Shown: positions 30,691 to 40,837 of the stretch, piece after piece
Layout: each line of letters opens with the position of its first letter
Position numbering within the stretch: the stretch's first letter is position 1
Source of the DNA: Armatimonadota bacterium
GTDB lineage: Bacteria > Armatimonadota > UBA5829 > DTLH01
Length of the DNA stretch: 59,658 bases
NCBI GenBank assembly: GCA_039680575.1
Contig: JBDKSP010000060.1
Span: 1-59,658 of the forward strand
Direction: 5' to 3'
Position numbers and translations under genes: made by a program
The notes under the pieces: model-generated
The model's database searches: none
Told to the model about the DNA's origin: nothing
Seen by the model: only the letters and a program-made list of their open reading frames with translations

Positions 30691-31539
30691 CTACTCTTTC
30701 ATCCCGATAGCGACAGCATAGACCTCCCGGCGGGGGAGTTTCATCTCCGCCGCAACCTGCCGTACGGCGTCGCGCTCGCTCATCCCCTGGGCTGTAAGCG
30801 CTTTCAGGCGTTCTTCGACTGTTTCCGAGGCTGCTTCGGGCGCAGTAGCAGCCTCCTCCGGCCCGGCTCCTTCTATAATAATCACTATTTCGCCTTTGGC
30901 CTTCCGCTCAGTGAACCTGGCTATCGTTTCCGAGAGCTTTCCGCGAAAAACTTCCTCGAACATCTTGGTAGCTTCCCGTACTACGGCGGCACGGCGGTCT
31001 CCGAGTTCGGCAAGCGCGGATTTCAGCGTAGAAAGCAGCCTCAGCGGGGATTCATACAGGATAATCGTCCTGGGGTCGGGCTTGATTCCACGAAAAAAGG
31101 CTTTTCTCTCGCTTTCTTTCCTCGGCGGGAAGCCGTCGAAGGCAAAGTGCGCTGTCGGAAGCCCTGAAACAACCAGCGCGGTAATCATAGCTGTCGGACC
31201 GGGAACGGAAGTTATGGCTATCCCTTCTTCTATGGCAAAAGCGATCAGCTCATGCCCTGGGTCGGACACCCCGGGGGTCCCCGCGTCCGAGACGAGCGCT
31301 ACGTCGTCGCCTGCTTTCAGCCGTTCGATTATCTCTTCGGAGCGTTTCCCTTTGCTGTGCTGATGATAGGCGGTCATGGGGGTGTGGATGTCGTAATGCG
31401 ACAGCAGTTTTCGCGTGACACGGGTATCCTCCGCCGCAATGAGCGCAACTTCTTTCAGCACCCTAAGCGCCCTGAGAGAAATATCCTCGAGATTCCCTAT
31501 CGGCGTAGCTACTATATATAAACTGCCTGTTTTTTCCAC
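30691..31539 (-). CDS. rsmI: 16S rRNA C1402 2'-O-methyltransferase
   Basis: LYIVATPIGNLEDIS, AAEDTR, VSDAGTPGVSDPG, YESP, REATKMFEE. GTG start behind AGGGG RBS. Confidence 0.95.
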   Translation of the reverse strand: MEKTGSLYIVATPIGNLEDISLRALRVLKEVALIAAEDTRVTRKLLSHYDIHTPMTAYHQHSKGKRSEEIIERLKAGDDVALVSDAGTPGVSDPGHELIAFAIEEGIAITSVPGPTAMITALVVSGLPTAHFAFDGFPPRKESERKAFFRGIKPDPRTIILYESPLRLLSTLKSALAELGDRRAAVVREATKMFEEVFRGKLSETIARFTERKAKGEIVIIIEGAGPEEAATAPEAASETVEERLKALTAQGMSERDAVRQVAAEMKLPRREVYAVAIGMKE

Positions 31540-31820
31540 TGTAACCCCCTTAAAACGCATTAATTATACCAGGTTTCGGTGATTAACGATTTTCTGAAGA
31601 AGACAGCGGGTTACACGGCGCGAACCTCGACGGATACAACAATGCACTTAGAGCGAAATACAAAGGGTGGATAAGGGGGCTATGATGGGCAAGCAGTAGC
31701 ACTGAATAAATAATCGACTATCACAACAAAGATTTGCAGTGGTCTTCAATATTTAGTAATATATACTTGATAATTCTACAATTAAGATAATTGCCATTAG
31801 TATGCAGAAATGAGAACTGA

Positions 31821-32420
31821 ATGTTAGCAGAATGTAAGCAGTGTGGCGCTATTGTCGATGCAAAGGTGCATGGCGAGCATAATGAATTCGACTTTGATGG
31901 AGACTTGCTTGGTAGATATATATTAGTATCTTGTCCTGCTTGTGATTCCACCATACTAGTTTACCAAGATGCATTTCATGCATCGGAAGACAACTATGCA
32001 TGGGGCAATACGTACAGGCTGTACCCAAGCCGAGATAGAGTTGCAAATTTGGCATGGCCAGAAGAAATAGGAGACATCTACTCCGAGGCAGTGGTCTGTT
32101 ATGAACATGCAGCCTATACTGCATCAGCAGTAATGTGCAGAAAAGTAATAGAAGGGATGTGCGATAAGCACGGGTATGGCAAAGGGCCTCTGGAAAATTC
32201 TTTAAGCAAGATGAAGGCTGACGAAGTTATTGACACTCGCCTTTTTGAATGGGCTGATGCGCTTCGGCTCCTAGGAAATGAGGCCGCGCATGGCATAAGC
32301 AGAAAATTCTCAAAAATTGATGCAGGAGATATTCTAGATTTCACGGAGGCTATACTTGACTATGTCTTCACATTCAGGGAAAAATTCGATCGGTTTAAAT
32401 TAAGGCAATCAAAGCCGTGA
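31821..32420 (+). CDS. DUF4145-domain protein with N-terminal zinc ribbon
   Basis: CKQC...CPAC; ASAVMCRKVIE and LRLLGNEAAH (HEPN-like R-x-H motif); locally AT-rich. Confidence 0.8.
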   Translation: MLAECKQCGAIVDAKVHGEHNEFDFDGDLLGRYILVSCPACDSTILVYQDAFHASEDNYAWGNTYRLYPSRDRVANLAWPEEIGDIYSEAVVCYEHAAYTASAVMCRKVIEGMCDKHGYGKGPLENSLSKMKADEVIDTRLFEWADALRLLGNEAAHGISRKFSKIDAGDILDFTEAILDYVFTFREKFDRFKLRQSKP

Positions 32421-32637
32421 AAGCTACTAAAAGCGCACTTTGATATTCCATAGATATTGTTCATAAACAATTGGCTATTGTAGTTTACCCACCTAGTTTC
32501 CGAAACTCCTCCCCTCTACACCCCCATCCTCAACCGTAGAAAAATATTTGCCATAATGCATATAGGCTGCGGCGGGCAGCTGTTGTATTACAAGCAGGCT
32601 GGCATTCACATAAAATGAAGATAAACAAGGTCTAAGC

Positions 32638-32663
32638 AGGAATTTCCGGCGTATATGAGGAAG
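32638..32663 (+). promoter_or_regulatory. Candidate SigH-like promoter AGGA-N18-GAAG
   Basis: GCAGGA atttccggcgtatatgag GAAG, 33 nt before GTG 32697. Confidence 0.45.
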
Positions 32664-32696
32664 TTCTGAATAAATAATGTTTGCCGGAGGTTTGTT

Positions 32697-34700
32697 GTGA
32701 GAAGAAGCTATTGTTTGGCCCTACTTTTGCTTATTGCAGCCTGTGCGGGGTTTCAAGCTGCCGCTGTCACCGGGGTGCTGACGGACCAGAAAAAGAACCC
32801 CGTCCCAGGCATCAGGATTTTCTCGTTCTTGATTACCGGAGAAGAAGGACAGCTTTATACGACAAAGACAGAGGCATCGACAGTTTCGGGCGCCGATGGC
32901 AAATATTCACTGGGCGAGCTTCCTGACCTCAGCAAAAACCAGTGCCGCTTCATAGTCGCTTATATTCCCGGCAGATACCTCGGCTGGACGATGCTATTAC
33001 CGGATATGCCAAAAACGGGAAACTCCATTTCCATTATAGCCAGGCCGGTTACCACGAAATTCGGCAGTGTGGTAGATCAAAAGGGACAACCGCTCGCAAA
33101 TGTCCACATTAAATACAACGGACTTCTGGTTCAAGGCGATTATCCGATGTGCAGTTACCTGCCCGCCGAAGTGATAAAGCTATTGGACATCCCGACAGAA
33201 ATCACCACCGGTAAAGACGGCACATACATAATCATAGACGCGGCAGAGGGCGCCGCCGTCCTCTTAACGCCGAACAAGAAGGGCTTTGCTGCCAAAAATC
33301 TCTCCGTGGATCAATCCAGCCTGAAAATTGTCCTTGTTCCTGCGGGGAAAATCGCGGGGCAGGTTTTGGATGCCGATGGAAAGCCTTTGAAGGACGCCCA
33401 AGTGACGGCAGGATGGGAGATAGGAGATTATCCAAATTCAACAACTACCGACACAAATGGACAATTCCTTCTGGAAGACCTTACACCGGGTGAATGGCGC
33501 ATCAGCGTAGGCTCACCAGGACACATATTTATTATTACCGGCAAGGCCAAAGTAAAAGCGGCACAGACCACACAGGTTCCTACCATCAAGGCACTTGCCA
33601 CAGCCGAAGTAACGGGCAAAGTGATATACGGCGACAGCGGTAAGCCCGCTGAAGGGGTTAAGGTGACTATATCACGAAGAGCCTTGCTTAATAGCGATTT
33701 CTCGGCAACAGGCGAGGATTGCGTAACGACAGACGCAAACGGCAGTTTCAAGGCTTATGCTTCGATAGGATGGAACTCTCTGATCATCTATGAAGCTCCA
33801 ACCGGTTATGTCTGTGAAAATAATTATAAAGAAATCACCGTCCCAAAAACCGGACTGTCCGGTGTGACAATCAAGCTTAAAAAGGCTGCTGTCGCTAAGG
33901 GGCGTGTCGTGGACGAAGACGGCAAGCCGGTAGAGAGTGCGTCTGTCTCGTTCGACACTTATGGCAGCTCTCCCGCGCTGACCGATGCGGAAGGCAGGTT
34001 CACTATAACATTATCTCCCGCTGACCGTGACGTCTTTTCCTCATACAACGAAGCTGGTTACACGTTCAATGTGAGGCAGAAGGAACGGAATTTAGGGGTT
34101 TGCAAATACATAGCCGAGTCCGACATCAATGCGAACGACATAGTAATCACTGTAAAACCTATAATCTCGGCTAAAGTGCATGTTACACTGCCTTCCGGTA
34201 AGCCGGCAGCAGGTGCAAGGCTGCGCTTGATTACTGAATTCAACCATATTACTACATATTACTCACCTGGCGATATATTCGCTGATGCGAGTGGAAATGC
34301 GGTTATAAAAGACTTGATACCTGGAGCCGCTTACAGCATATCGGTGTCCAAACCGGGGTATTTCGACAATGGAAAACGTCCGAAGATCACCACCGGAACA
34401 GCCGCTACGAATATCATAGAGATCAGGCTGCAGCCTGCCAAACGGGTGCAGAAGGGCAAAGTTATCGACGGAAAAGGCAAGCCGGTAGCAAATGTTGTGG
34501 TCAATGCAGAGGGACGGGGAATGGAAACCATCGCCTCTACCAAGACGGACGCTAACGGTAAATTCATCCTTCGAGGGCTTCCTGATTGCAGCATACAGAT
34601 AACTGCCGAGAAGGGCAGTATTTATGGGAGTATGTCGGTGGACAAATCGAGCGGCGCCGTTGTTTTACAGATCACAAGGCAGTTCAGTTTAGATGACTGA
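32697..34700 (+). CDS. Exported protein with tandem carboxypeptidase-regulatory-like (transthyretin-like beta-sandwich) repeats
   Basis: Signal peptide; repeated GxVxDxxGKP...TDxxGxF units. GGAGG RBS. Confidence 0.85.
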   Translation: MRRSYCLALLLLIAACAGFQAAAVTGVLTDQKKNPVPGIRIFSFLITGEEGQLYTTKTEASTVSGADGKYSLGELPDLSKNQCRFIVAYIPGRYLGWTMLLPDMPKTGNSISIIARPVTTKFGSVVDQKGQPLANVHIKYNGLLVQGDYPMCSYLPAEVIKLLDIPTEITTGKDGTYIIIDAAEGAAVLLTPNKKGFAAKNLSVDQSSLKIVLVPAGKIAGQVLDADGKPLKDAQVTAGWEIGDYPNSTTTDTNGQFLLEDLTPGEWRISVGSPGHIFIITGKAKVKAAQTTQVPTIKALATAEVTGKVIYGDSGKPAEGVKVTISRRALLNSDFSATGEDCVTTDANGSFKAYASIGWNSLIIYEAPTGYVCENNYKEITVPKTGLSGVTIKLKKAAVAKGRVVDEDGKPVESASVSFDTYGSSPALTDAEGRFTITLSPADRDVFSSYNEAGYTFNVRQKERNLGVCKYIAESDINANDIVITVKPIISAKVHVTLPSGKPAAGARLRLITEFNHITTYYSPGDIFADASGNAVIKDLIPGAAYSISVSKPGYFDNGKRPKITTGTAATNIIEIRLQPAKRVQKGKVIDGKGKPVANVVVNAEGRGMETIASTKTDANGKFILRGLPDCSIQITAEKGSIYGSMSVDKSSGAVVLQITRQFSLDD

Positions 34701-34809
34701 TCAGTAGAACATATTTCTATATTGCGGAATTGAGGGGTGGGCAAGCTGACTGTCCCTCAATTTTATAGTGCAAGCCCCAAATGTTTCGCTGCAACGATTT
34801 CCTCCAGGT

Positions 34810-34838
34810 TTGCACCCAACGGCGGAGGTTGCTATAAT
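34810..34838 (+). promoter_or_regulatory. Sigma70-type promoter
   Basis: TTGCAC-N17-TATAAT with extended TG. Confidence 0.6.
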
Positions 34839-34947
34839 GACGTAGTCAAAACGCCGGTCGTTTGCGCGCCGCTGATGCAAGGGTACAGTGTTTTAGGAGG
34901 CCGCGGCGACAGGCGCTCGGGCTATCGTGACTGTAAGAGGAATAGCT

Positions 34948-35451
34948 ATGAGATGCCTGACCTTATTCTTTCTGGTCGCTGTGCTTGGACTTACATGTTA
35001 TAACAGTTGGCAGATCCGTCGGATCAACCTTGAGCTGACTGCTGTTGAAAAGCAGGCTAACATCGATGTTGAATCGGTCGAGAGAGATCTGGATTATCAA
35101 ACAGCGTTGAAGCTCGCGGAGGATTGTACGGACCGCGCCCGCAAGCTTATTAAGAAAGGTCAGACAGACGCCGCCCGCCTGGAACTGGACAAAGGTCTCC
35201 GAAAGCTGGAAACTGCTGCCAGGCTTTCTCAGGGATTCGCCTCGGGTGCAGCGCACAGAGCCGGATCTTCCTGGCATACCGCTTATGAGCAGGTCGAGAA
35301 AGCTATGGATGAGCTCTCCAGCCAAACCAAAAATGGGAGGCCGGAAGGTAATGAAACGGCAAGTGGCGAACATAGTAATATTGCTGGTCATAACGGCAGC
35401 AAGCGTGCTGCTCGCAGGGTGCCCGCCGGAAAAGCTGGTATCGACAAGTGA
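34948..35451 (+). CDS. Hypothetical membrane-anchored helical protein
   Basis: GAGG RBS, N-terminal TM, amphipathic helices; 3' end overlaps the next gene by 101 nt. Confidence 0.6.
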   Translation: MRCLTLFFLVAVLGLTCYNSWQIRRINLELTAVEKQANIDVESVERDLDYQTALKLAEDCTDRARKLIKKGQTDAARLELDKGLRKLETAARLSQGFASGAAHRAGSSWHTAYEQVEKAMDELSSQTKNGRPEGNETASGEHSNIAGHNGSKRAARRVPAGKAGIDK

Positions 35452-36082
35452 TGAGGTTTCTATTGGCCGCCAGTCTGCGGCGGAAGTCGAGGCTCAGTAC
35501 CCGGTCAGCCGCGACCCTCGGCTAAACCAGCTTGTCAATACCATAGGACAGAATATTCTTCGGCAGACAACTCCACGGAAGGGGATCACTTATACATTTA
35601 AGGTTCTCGATATCAGTGAAATCAATGCGTTTTCACTGCCGGGAGGCTGGATCTATGTCGATAGAGGACTCATCGATTCGACCGGTGGGAATGTAAATGA
35701 ACTCGCGGGAGTCATAGCTCACGAAATTGGCCATGTTCAGGCGAGGCATCACGCAGAGTTGATGGGACGCTCTACGCTCTACGGAATCGCAATCGGCACA
35801 TTGACCAGAGGCAATACAGCCCAGTGGGTCAGCTTTTTTGCTAATCTTAACCTGCTCAGATGGAGCAGAAGCCAGGAATACGAAGCGGATAAACTGGCTA
35901 TCGACTATACACTGAATTCACCCTATAATCCAGAGGGACTGATAGACTTTTTCAGGGTGCTTGAGGCAAAAGCAGGCAGGGGATCAACCCCTGCGTTTCT
36001 GAGCACGCACCCTTTGACGGAAGACCGTATAGAGCGAGCCCAGGCCTATCTCAACGAGAAGAGGATCCAGATGGGACGCTGA
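35351..36082 (+). CDS. M48-family zinc metalloprotease lipoprotein
   Basis: Lipobox LAGC; INAFSLPGG, ELAGVIAHEIGH, SRSQEYEAD, FLSTHP. Confidence 0.92.
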   Translation: MKRQVANIVILLVITAASVLLAGCPPEKLVSTSDEVSIGRQSAAEVEAQYPVSRDPRLNQLVNTIGQNILRQTTPRKGITYTFKVLDISEINAFSLPGGWIYVDRGLIDSTGGNVNELAGVIAHEIGHVQARHHAELMGRSTLYGIAIGTLTRGNTAQWVSFFANLNLLRWSRSQEYEADKLAIDYTLNSPYNPEGLIDFFRVLEAKAGRGSTPAFLSTHPLTEDRIERAQAYLNEKRIQMGR

Positions 36083-36095
36083 CGGGGGTAATGTA

Positions 36096-36812
36096 TTGAA
36101 GGTTGCCGCAGTAATACCTGCGTATAATGAAGAAGACCGACTTGGCTACGTGCTCGAATCGCTCAGCCGTGCCACGCTGGTAGATGAGATAATTGTAGTC
36201 AACGACGGCTCGACCGACGATACGTACGGTGTGGCCAGCCGCCATCCCGGAGTCCATGCAATAGACCTTCCAACGAATGTTGGCAAGGGCGGTGCTATGT
36301 ACGCCGGGGCAATTGAGACGGATTCAGACATTGTCCTGTTTCTGGATGGTGATCTGCTCGGCATAACAGGCGAACAGATCGATCTCATAGTAAGACCTGT
36401 GAAAGAAGATAGTGTCGATATGTGCATCGGCGTATTCAGAGGCGGCAGGAGCCTGACCGATCTCGCGCAGATCATCACCCCCTACATCTCAGGCCAGCGA
36501 GCGCTGCGGCGACACCTGTTTCTCCAGATCTCCAACATTCAAGTCGTTCGTTCGGGAGTGGAAGTAGCCATTACAAAGCACTTCCGAACGAACGGCTTGA
36601 GAATGGATACTGTTACGCTCACCGGCTGCACTCATCTGATGAAAGAAGAAAAGATGGGCTACATCCGGGGGTTTGCCGCAAGGCTCAGGATGTACTACGA
36701 CATCGGCAAGATCACTCTGGACACCCACCGCATAACCACCAGGGGAAACCTGTCGACCCGGATCGAAAAACGCTTCCGCAGGAAAAAAGCTTACAGGGAC
36801 AGCCGCCAGTAA
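36096..36812 (+). CDS. Glycosyltransferase family 2
   Basis: VIPAYNEE, VNDGSTDDT, NVGKGGA, FLDGD, SGQRA. Confidence 0.92.
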   Translation: MKVAAVIPAYNEEDRLGYVLESLSRATLVDEIIVVNDGSTDDTYGVASRHPGVHAIDLPTNVGKGGAMYAGAIETDSDIVLFLDGDLLGITGEQIDLIVRPVKEDSVDMCIGVFRGGRSLTDLAQIITPYISGQRALRRHLFLQISNIQVVRSGVEVAITKHFRTNGLRMDTVTLTGCTHLMKEEKMGYIRGFAARLRMYYDIGKITLDTHRITTRGNLSTRIEKRFRRKKAYRDSRQ

Positions 36813-36903
36813 AGAAAACATCCGTGATGCGGTCCCGATGCATAAAGGATGGATCAGTGAAGACTTGAGGGTCTTATTGTAGATGCTTTAGGTCTCCACC
36901 ATT

Positions 36904-36989
36904 CGCGTAATTCGCGTTCCAAAATGACGGATAGTGAATGCCGATGGGAAAGCGGAAGCTGCCGCTTCCGCAATCCAAAGAAATTGGTG
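36904..36989. repeat. REP-like family B extended unit, copy 4
   Basis: Near-identical to 21169-21254. Confidence 0.85.
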
Positions 36990-37109
36990 TAAAATTGTGT
37001 TTTGGGACACTTTTTTTCTAAAATTGACCCCGCTATCCCCTATCTCCTGACCCCCTCCCCTTTTCTGAGCAGGAAATGTTGCGCTAAAGCTGAGTTGGGA
37101 GTATAAAAT

Positions 37110-37496
37110 ATGAGGATATGGTTCGTTCCCGTCGAGGAACTCGACGACAGGCATCTTTTGGGTGAGCATCTGGAGCTACATGTGATGGCAGACGGGCTGA
37201 TCCGAGGCGGCGGAGGCTGGTATAACCACCCCGCGACGCAGTTCTTCAAGGGGAAACTCGGCGCACTTTACCGCAGACACGAGGAACAGGTCGTCGAAAT
37301 GCGGAAAAGGGGCTGGACAGGGCACAAAAGCGCCTTTCCGGTCGATAAGATTCCGCCGGAGGAGATGGACGCTTCGTTTGAAGTGACCCCTGAGATGTTG
37401 GAAAAAGACAGACGCGACCTTGCGGAGCGTAAACGGCTGACAGAACTGGCCGGAGGCAGAAGCTGGCGCAAGGTTGAAACAGGCAGTAAACGATAG
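37110..37496 (+). CDS. Pyrimidine-dimer DNA glycosylase / T4 endonuclease V-like protein
   Basis: MRIW..P.EELDDRHLLGEHLELH, NHPAT, LYRRHE..V.EM.KRG..HKS. Confidence 0.75.
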   Translation: MRIWFVPVEELDDRHLLGEHLELHVMADGLIRGGGGWYNHPATQFFKGKLGALYRRHEEQVVEMRKRGWTGHKSAFPVDKIPPEEMDASFEVTPEMLEKDRRDLAERKRLTELAGGRSWRKVETGSKR

Positions 37497-37531
37497 ATTA
37501 TCGTTATTAGCAATACTAATCTTTTCTTTAA

Positions 37532-38035
37532 GTGGAGGTACAGTTGCAACCAGGTAACATCAAAGATGTGGCGCAGGTCTCTCAGGCAATAAGCGGAATA
37601 CTTGCCCCTGCTGTTATGATCAACGCCAGCGCACTCGTTATTCTTGCTTTGCAGAATAAGTATTCACAGCTTATCGACAGACTCCGCGCTCTGAACAATG
37701 AACGCAGGAACCTGAAACAATCAGAGCAGCCCTCTAAACAGCGGCTTGCGAATGTAGTTGAGCAGATAGATGCGATCTTGCTCAGGGCAAAGATGGTCAG
37801 AAACTCCATCGTCAGCCTTTATGCGGCAATTATGCTCTTCGTTTTATCTTCGCTCATCATCGGCGGCAGATTTATAAACGCGATAAAAATACCGATCAGT
37901 CTCTCATTGGGTCTGTTCATGATTGCTATGATCCTTGTTTTCGCAGGCGGGTTTTATGCGCTTCGCGACATCGGGCACGCTTTTACGGTAGCACGGCTTG
38001 AAGTACGCGGCGTGGAAGAGCTTGAGAACAAGTAA
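37532..38035 (+). CDS. DUF2721-family membrane protein
   Basis: ILAPAVMINA..L..NKY..LIDRLR.L, then R...RNS and two further TMs. Confidence 0.75.
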   Translation: MEVQLQPGNIKDVAQVSQAISGILAPAVMINASALVILALQNKYSQLIDRLRALNNERRNLKQSEQPSKQRLANVVEQIDAILLRAKMVRNSIVSLYAAIMLFVLSSLIIGGRFINAIKIPISLSLGLFMIAMILVFAGGFYALRDIGHAFTVARLEVRGVEELENK

Positions 38036-38082
38036 TTGGCTGTCAGTGACAGAAGGATTTCCTTCAAACAGCGAGAGCGCCC

Positions 38083-39285
38083 GTGAGAAAATTAGTTCCT
38101 CTGGCAATTGTTATCGTGATACTCCTCGCAGGCTGCAAGCCTGTGGGTCAGATCTGCTCGTCGCTGCAGTACCATAACATCCACCTGAGGCTCGTCAAAA
38201 GCGTTATGACGATAACAACCGGCAGAGGCAAGACCGATATGCGCCGGTTGATGGAGCAGGGGACCTATGACGGCAAGGTCGTCCGGGGGCATGTTACGGT
38301 CGAATATTCCGAAGGGCTCGATGCAGCCGCGAAAGAGCTTGCCGAACAGTTCGACAGGGCATATCCGTTCATCAAAGACCGGCTTGGGATCGAGTGGAGC
38401 TTCGATCTTGTGCTCAAACTTGTCCGGGTGGAACCGGAAACAGGCGGATATAGATATTCCGTCAAGCTCGGGCGAAACAGAAAGCTGACTTTTCCGGTAC
38501 CGGTGAGCAAAACAGGGCCGAACATGCGATGGGCTCACATCGTAGCGCACGAGATGACCGAGGCCTCTATGATCGCCCCTCGAAAGCGGTCCGGCCTGGT
38601 GCTTGCCGATCTCTACACCGGGCCTTTCTGCGTCCCGACAGGCGCGAGGTGGTTCCGTGACGGCACGTCCGATTACGCTCAGTATATTCTCGGACAGCCG
38701 ATGCCGGGAAATATCTACCCTGAACTCAACGCAGTAAGAGAGCGCCTGCTATCGTGGGCAAACTGTGAAGATGACCCTGACTGGTACGCCGCCGCCACAG
38801 GACTCATAGTCGAGCTTACGAACAGGTACGGGGAAAATACGGTGAAACGGATCATGAAAGAGCTGTCCAAAGAGCCTGCCCCGGGAGGGTCAGGGCTTAA
38901 CCGTGCCGTAAGAAGAGCGACCGGCATGGATGTAAGAGAATTTTTGAAAAATTACGAGACACCCTGGGCGGGGTTTACGGCGTATGACTCTGGCGGAAAG
39001 GTGCGGATAAGCAAGGTATATCCGGCCACACCTGCAAGCAGGCGGGGGATAAAGCCAGGTGACACAGTGCTGATCTTTGCCGGAGAACAGGTAAACTCAT
39101 CGGACAGTCTCGCGCACATCCTGGCCCGGCAGCACCCTGGGCAGATGGTATCCATCGAAGTGCTGCGTGGGGCTGAGACCATCCCCATGCGGTTGAAGCT
39201 CATTCCTATGCCTGTGGATATGGGGCTGTTTCTCCGGCTTTCAGGCGTCGGCGTCGCTGAAGATCCTCCGCAGATTGCCAAGTAG
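38083..39285 (+). CDS. Lipoprotein with zincin-like domain and C-terminal PDZ domain
   Basis: Lipobox LAGC; AHEMTE and RWFRDGTSDY; PDZ motif VYPATPA..GIKPGD.V..G.V. Confidence 0.75.
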   Translation: MRKLVPLAIVIVILLAGCKPVGQICSSLQYHNIHLRLVKSVMTITTGRGKTDMRRLMEQGTYDGKVVRGHVTVEYSEGLDAAAKELAEQFDRAYPFIKDRLGIEWSFDLVLKLVRVEPETGGYRYSVKLGRNRKLTFPVPVSKTGPNMRWAHIVAHEMTEASMIAPRKRSGLVLADLYTGPFCVPTGARWFRDGTSDYAQYILGQPMPGNIYPELNAVRERLLSWANCEDDPDWYAAATGLIVELTNRYGENTVKRIMKELSKEPAPGGSGLNRAVRRATGMDVREFLKNYETPWAGFTAYDSGGKVRISKVYPATPASRRGIKPGDTVLIFAGEQVNSSDSLAHILARQHPGQMVSIEVLRGAETIPMRLKLIPMPVDMGLFLRLSGVGVAEDPPQIAK

Positions 39286-39597
39286 TGTACGGAGGTCTGT
39301 CAGTATTTCACAGTCCGCGGCGGACTGGTCATCCCGATGCTGTTTCAGGCGGGCGGACATTGCCCTGGCTGTATCCGTAACGGCCGGGTACCCGTAGGAA
39401 GCCCCGGAGCCGATGAGGTTGTGGAGCAACTGCCGCAGCCGACGCTCATGAGCGTGGCTGGCAGGGTTCATTTCGAGCCCAAGTATCGCCCGCTCCAACT
39501 CGGCCAGCTTCCTCGATGCCCCGGCAAGGTAAATCCGCCGTACATCCCTCAGCCAATCGCTGTTTACTCCAAATTTCTCTTCGCTCATCTCATTCAT
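39241..39597 (-). CDS. Stand-alone Hpt phosphotransfer protein
   Basis: LHNLIGSGASYGY (HxLxGS) in a helical bundle; coupled to the kinase stop. Start at 39597 or 39588. Confidence 0.8.
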   Translation of the reverse strand: MNEMSEEKFGVNSDWLRDVRRIYLAGASRKLAELERAILGLEMNPASHAHERRLRQLLHNLIGSGASYGYPAVTDTARAMSARLKQHRDDQSAADCEILTDLRTLLGNLRRIFSDADA

Positions 39598-40837
39598 TCG
39601 ATAAACAAGGTTCCTCACCAGGTATAGACAGCACAAAACTGAATGTACTGCCCTTTCCGGGAGCGCTTTTTACACTAATTTTACCGCCGTGCTGTTCGAT
39701 AATCCCTTTACTGATAGGAAGTCCGAGCCCGCTGCCGTTTGTTCTCGGTTGATCCTGCCCCGCCGCCCGGTAGAACTTTTCGAATATCTTCTTCTGCTCG
39801 GTGGGCGCAATCCCTGGTCCGTGATCGGTCACGCTGACCTTCACGCAGCTGCCTGTACGCCCGACCGTAACTTCTATGGAAGCCCCGGCAGGCGAGAATT
39901 TTATGGCATTCGAGAGCAGGTTAATCACGACCTGCTCTATCCTGTCTCCGTCACCGATTACCTTGCGCTGGCGGCCGGTTACTTTAACGGAAAGGTTCAC
40001 CTGCCGCTCATTTGCAAACTGCCGCATCCGGTCAACGGCGCTCTTTACCCGGTCCTGCACAGAGATGATGTCCATCTCAAGCCCCAAATACCCGGCCTCG
40101 ATCTTCGCTATATCGAGCATATCGTCTACCAGCCGTATGAGCTTGTTGCAACTGTTCTCCGCGATACCCAGCATCTCGCGCAGTCCGGGATCGATTTCCC
40201 CGACCGCTCCGCCCAGGACCAGTCCCAGCGATCCTTTGAGCGATGTCAGGGGAGTCCTGAGCTCGTGGGCGACGGTGGATATGAATTCCTTCTTCGCTTC
40301 ATCGAGGGCTACGGTCTCGGTTATGTCCTGCAGGAGCGAGGCTATCCCCACGAACACCCCGCTTTTCAGGAATACCGGACGCATATTGGCGCGGATCACT
40401 TTCCCGCCGGGCAGGCTTATGTTCTGCTCCCAGAACAATCCGGCAGCCGGTTTTGAACAAGAGAGCTGCTCCAGGACCATCCTGACTTCCACACGAAAAG
40501 GCTTCGGATAAATATCCATCAGACTCATGCCGAGAACGTCTTCATGCGCCAGCCCAATGATCTTTTCGGCGGCGCTGTTTACCATTATCACCCTGTTTCG
40601 GGCATCACTGACCACAACACCGTCCCCAAGCTGAGCAAGGACCGCTTCGATATTGGTCTTTTCTTTCTCCAGTTGTAAAAAGGCTGCCCTTGCCATCTGA
40701 AGCGCGCTGGATAGCTCCTTTTCGCTTATTATTGCCTCGCTTATCTCAAGCAGCCCATCTATGATGCTTAACCGGTCAGCCGCGGCAAGGTCATCATGGG
40801 CTATTGGAGGGTCGTTCATACCCCGGCCTGAAGTCAT
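39590..40837 (-). CDS. Cytoplasmic PAS sensor histidine kinase
   Basis: PAS domain; AHELRTPLT, NLLSNAIKF, DHGPGI, GSGLGL; no TM. Confidence 0.93.
   Translation of the reverse strand: MTSGRGMNDPPIAHDDLAAADRLSIIDGLLEISEAIISEKELSSALQMARAAFLQLEKEKTNIEAVLAQLGDGVVVSDARNRVIMVNSAAEKIIGLAHEDVLGMSLMDIYPKPFRVEVRMVLEQLSCSKPAAGLFWEQNISLPGGKVIRANMRPVFLKSGVFVGIASLLQDITETVALDEAKKEFISTVAHELRTPLTSLKGSLGLVLGGAVGEIDPGLREMLGIAENSCNKLIRLVDDMLDIAKIEAGYLGLEMDIISVQDRVKSAVDRMRQFANERQVNLSVKVTGRQRKVIGDGDRIEQVVINLLSNAIKFSPAGASIEVTVGRTGSCVKVSVTDHGPGIAPTEQKKIFEKFYRAAGQDQPRTNGSGLGLPISKGIIEQHGGKISVKSAPGKGSTFSFVLSIPGEEPCLSNE

Noticed and set aside
31596..31685. Possible gene-end remnant (..GYNNALRAKYKGWIRGL stop) before the DUF4145 islet
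   Set aside because: Too short to assign without a search.
35351..35451. 101-nt same-strand overlap as dual-coding innovation
   Set aside because: The upstream protein's tail looks like low-complexity run-on; a shifted stop codon is the simpler explanation.
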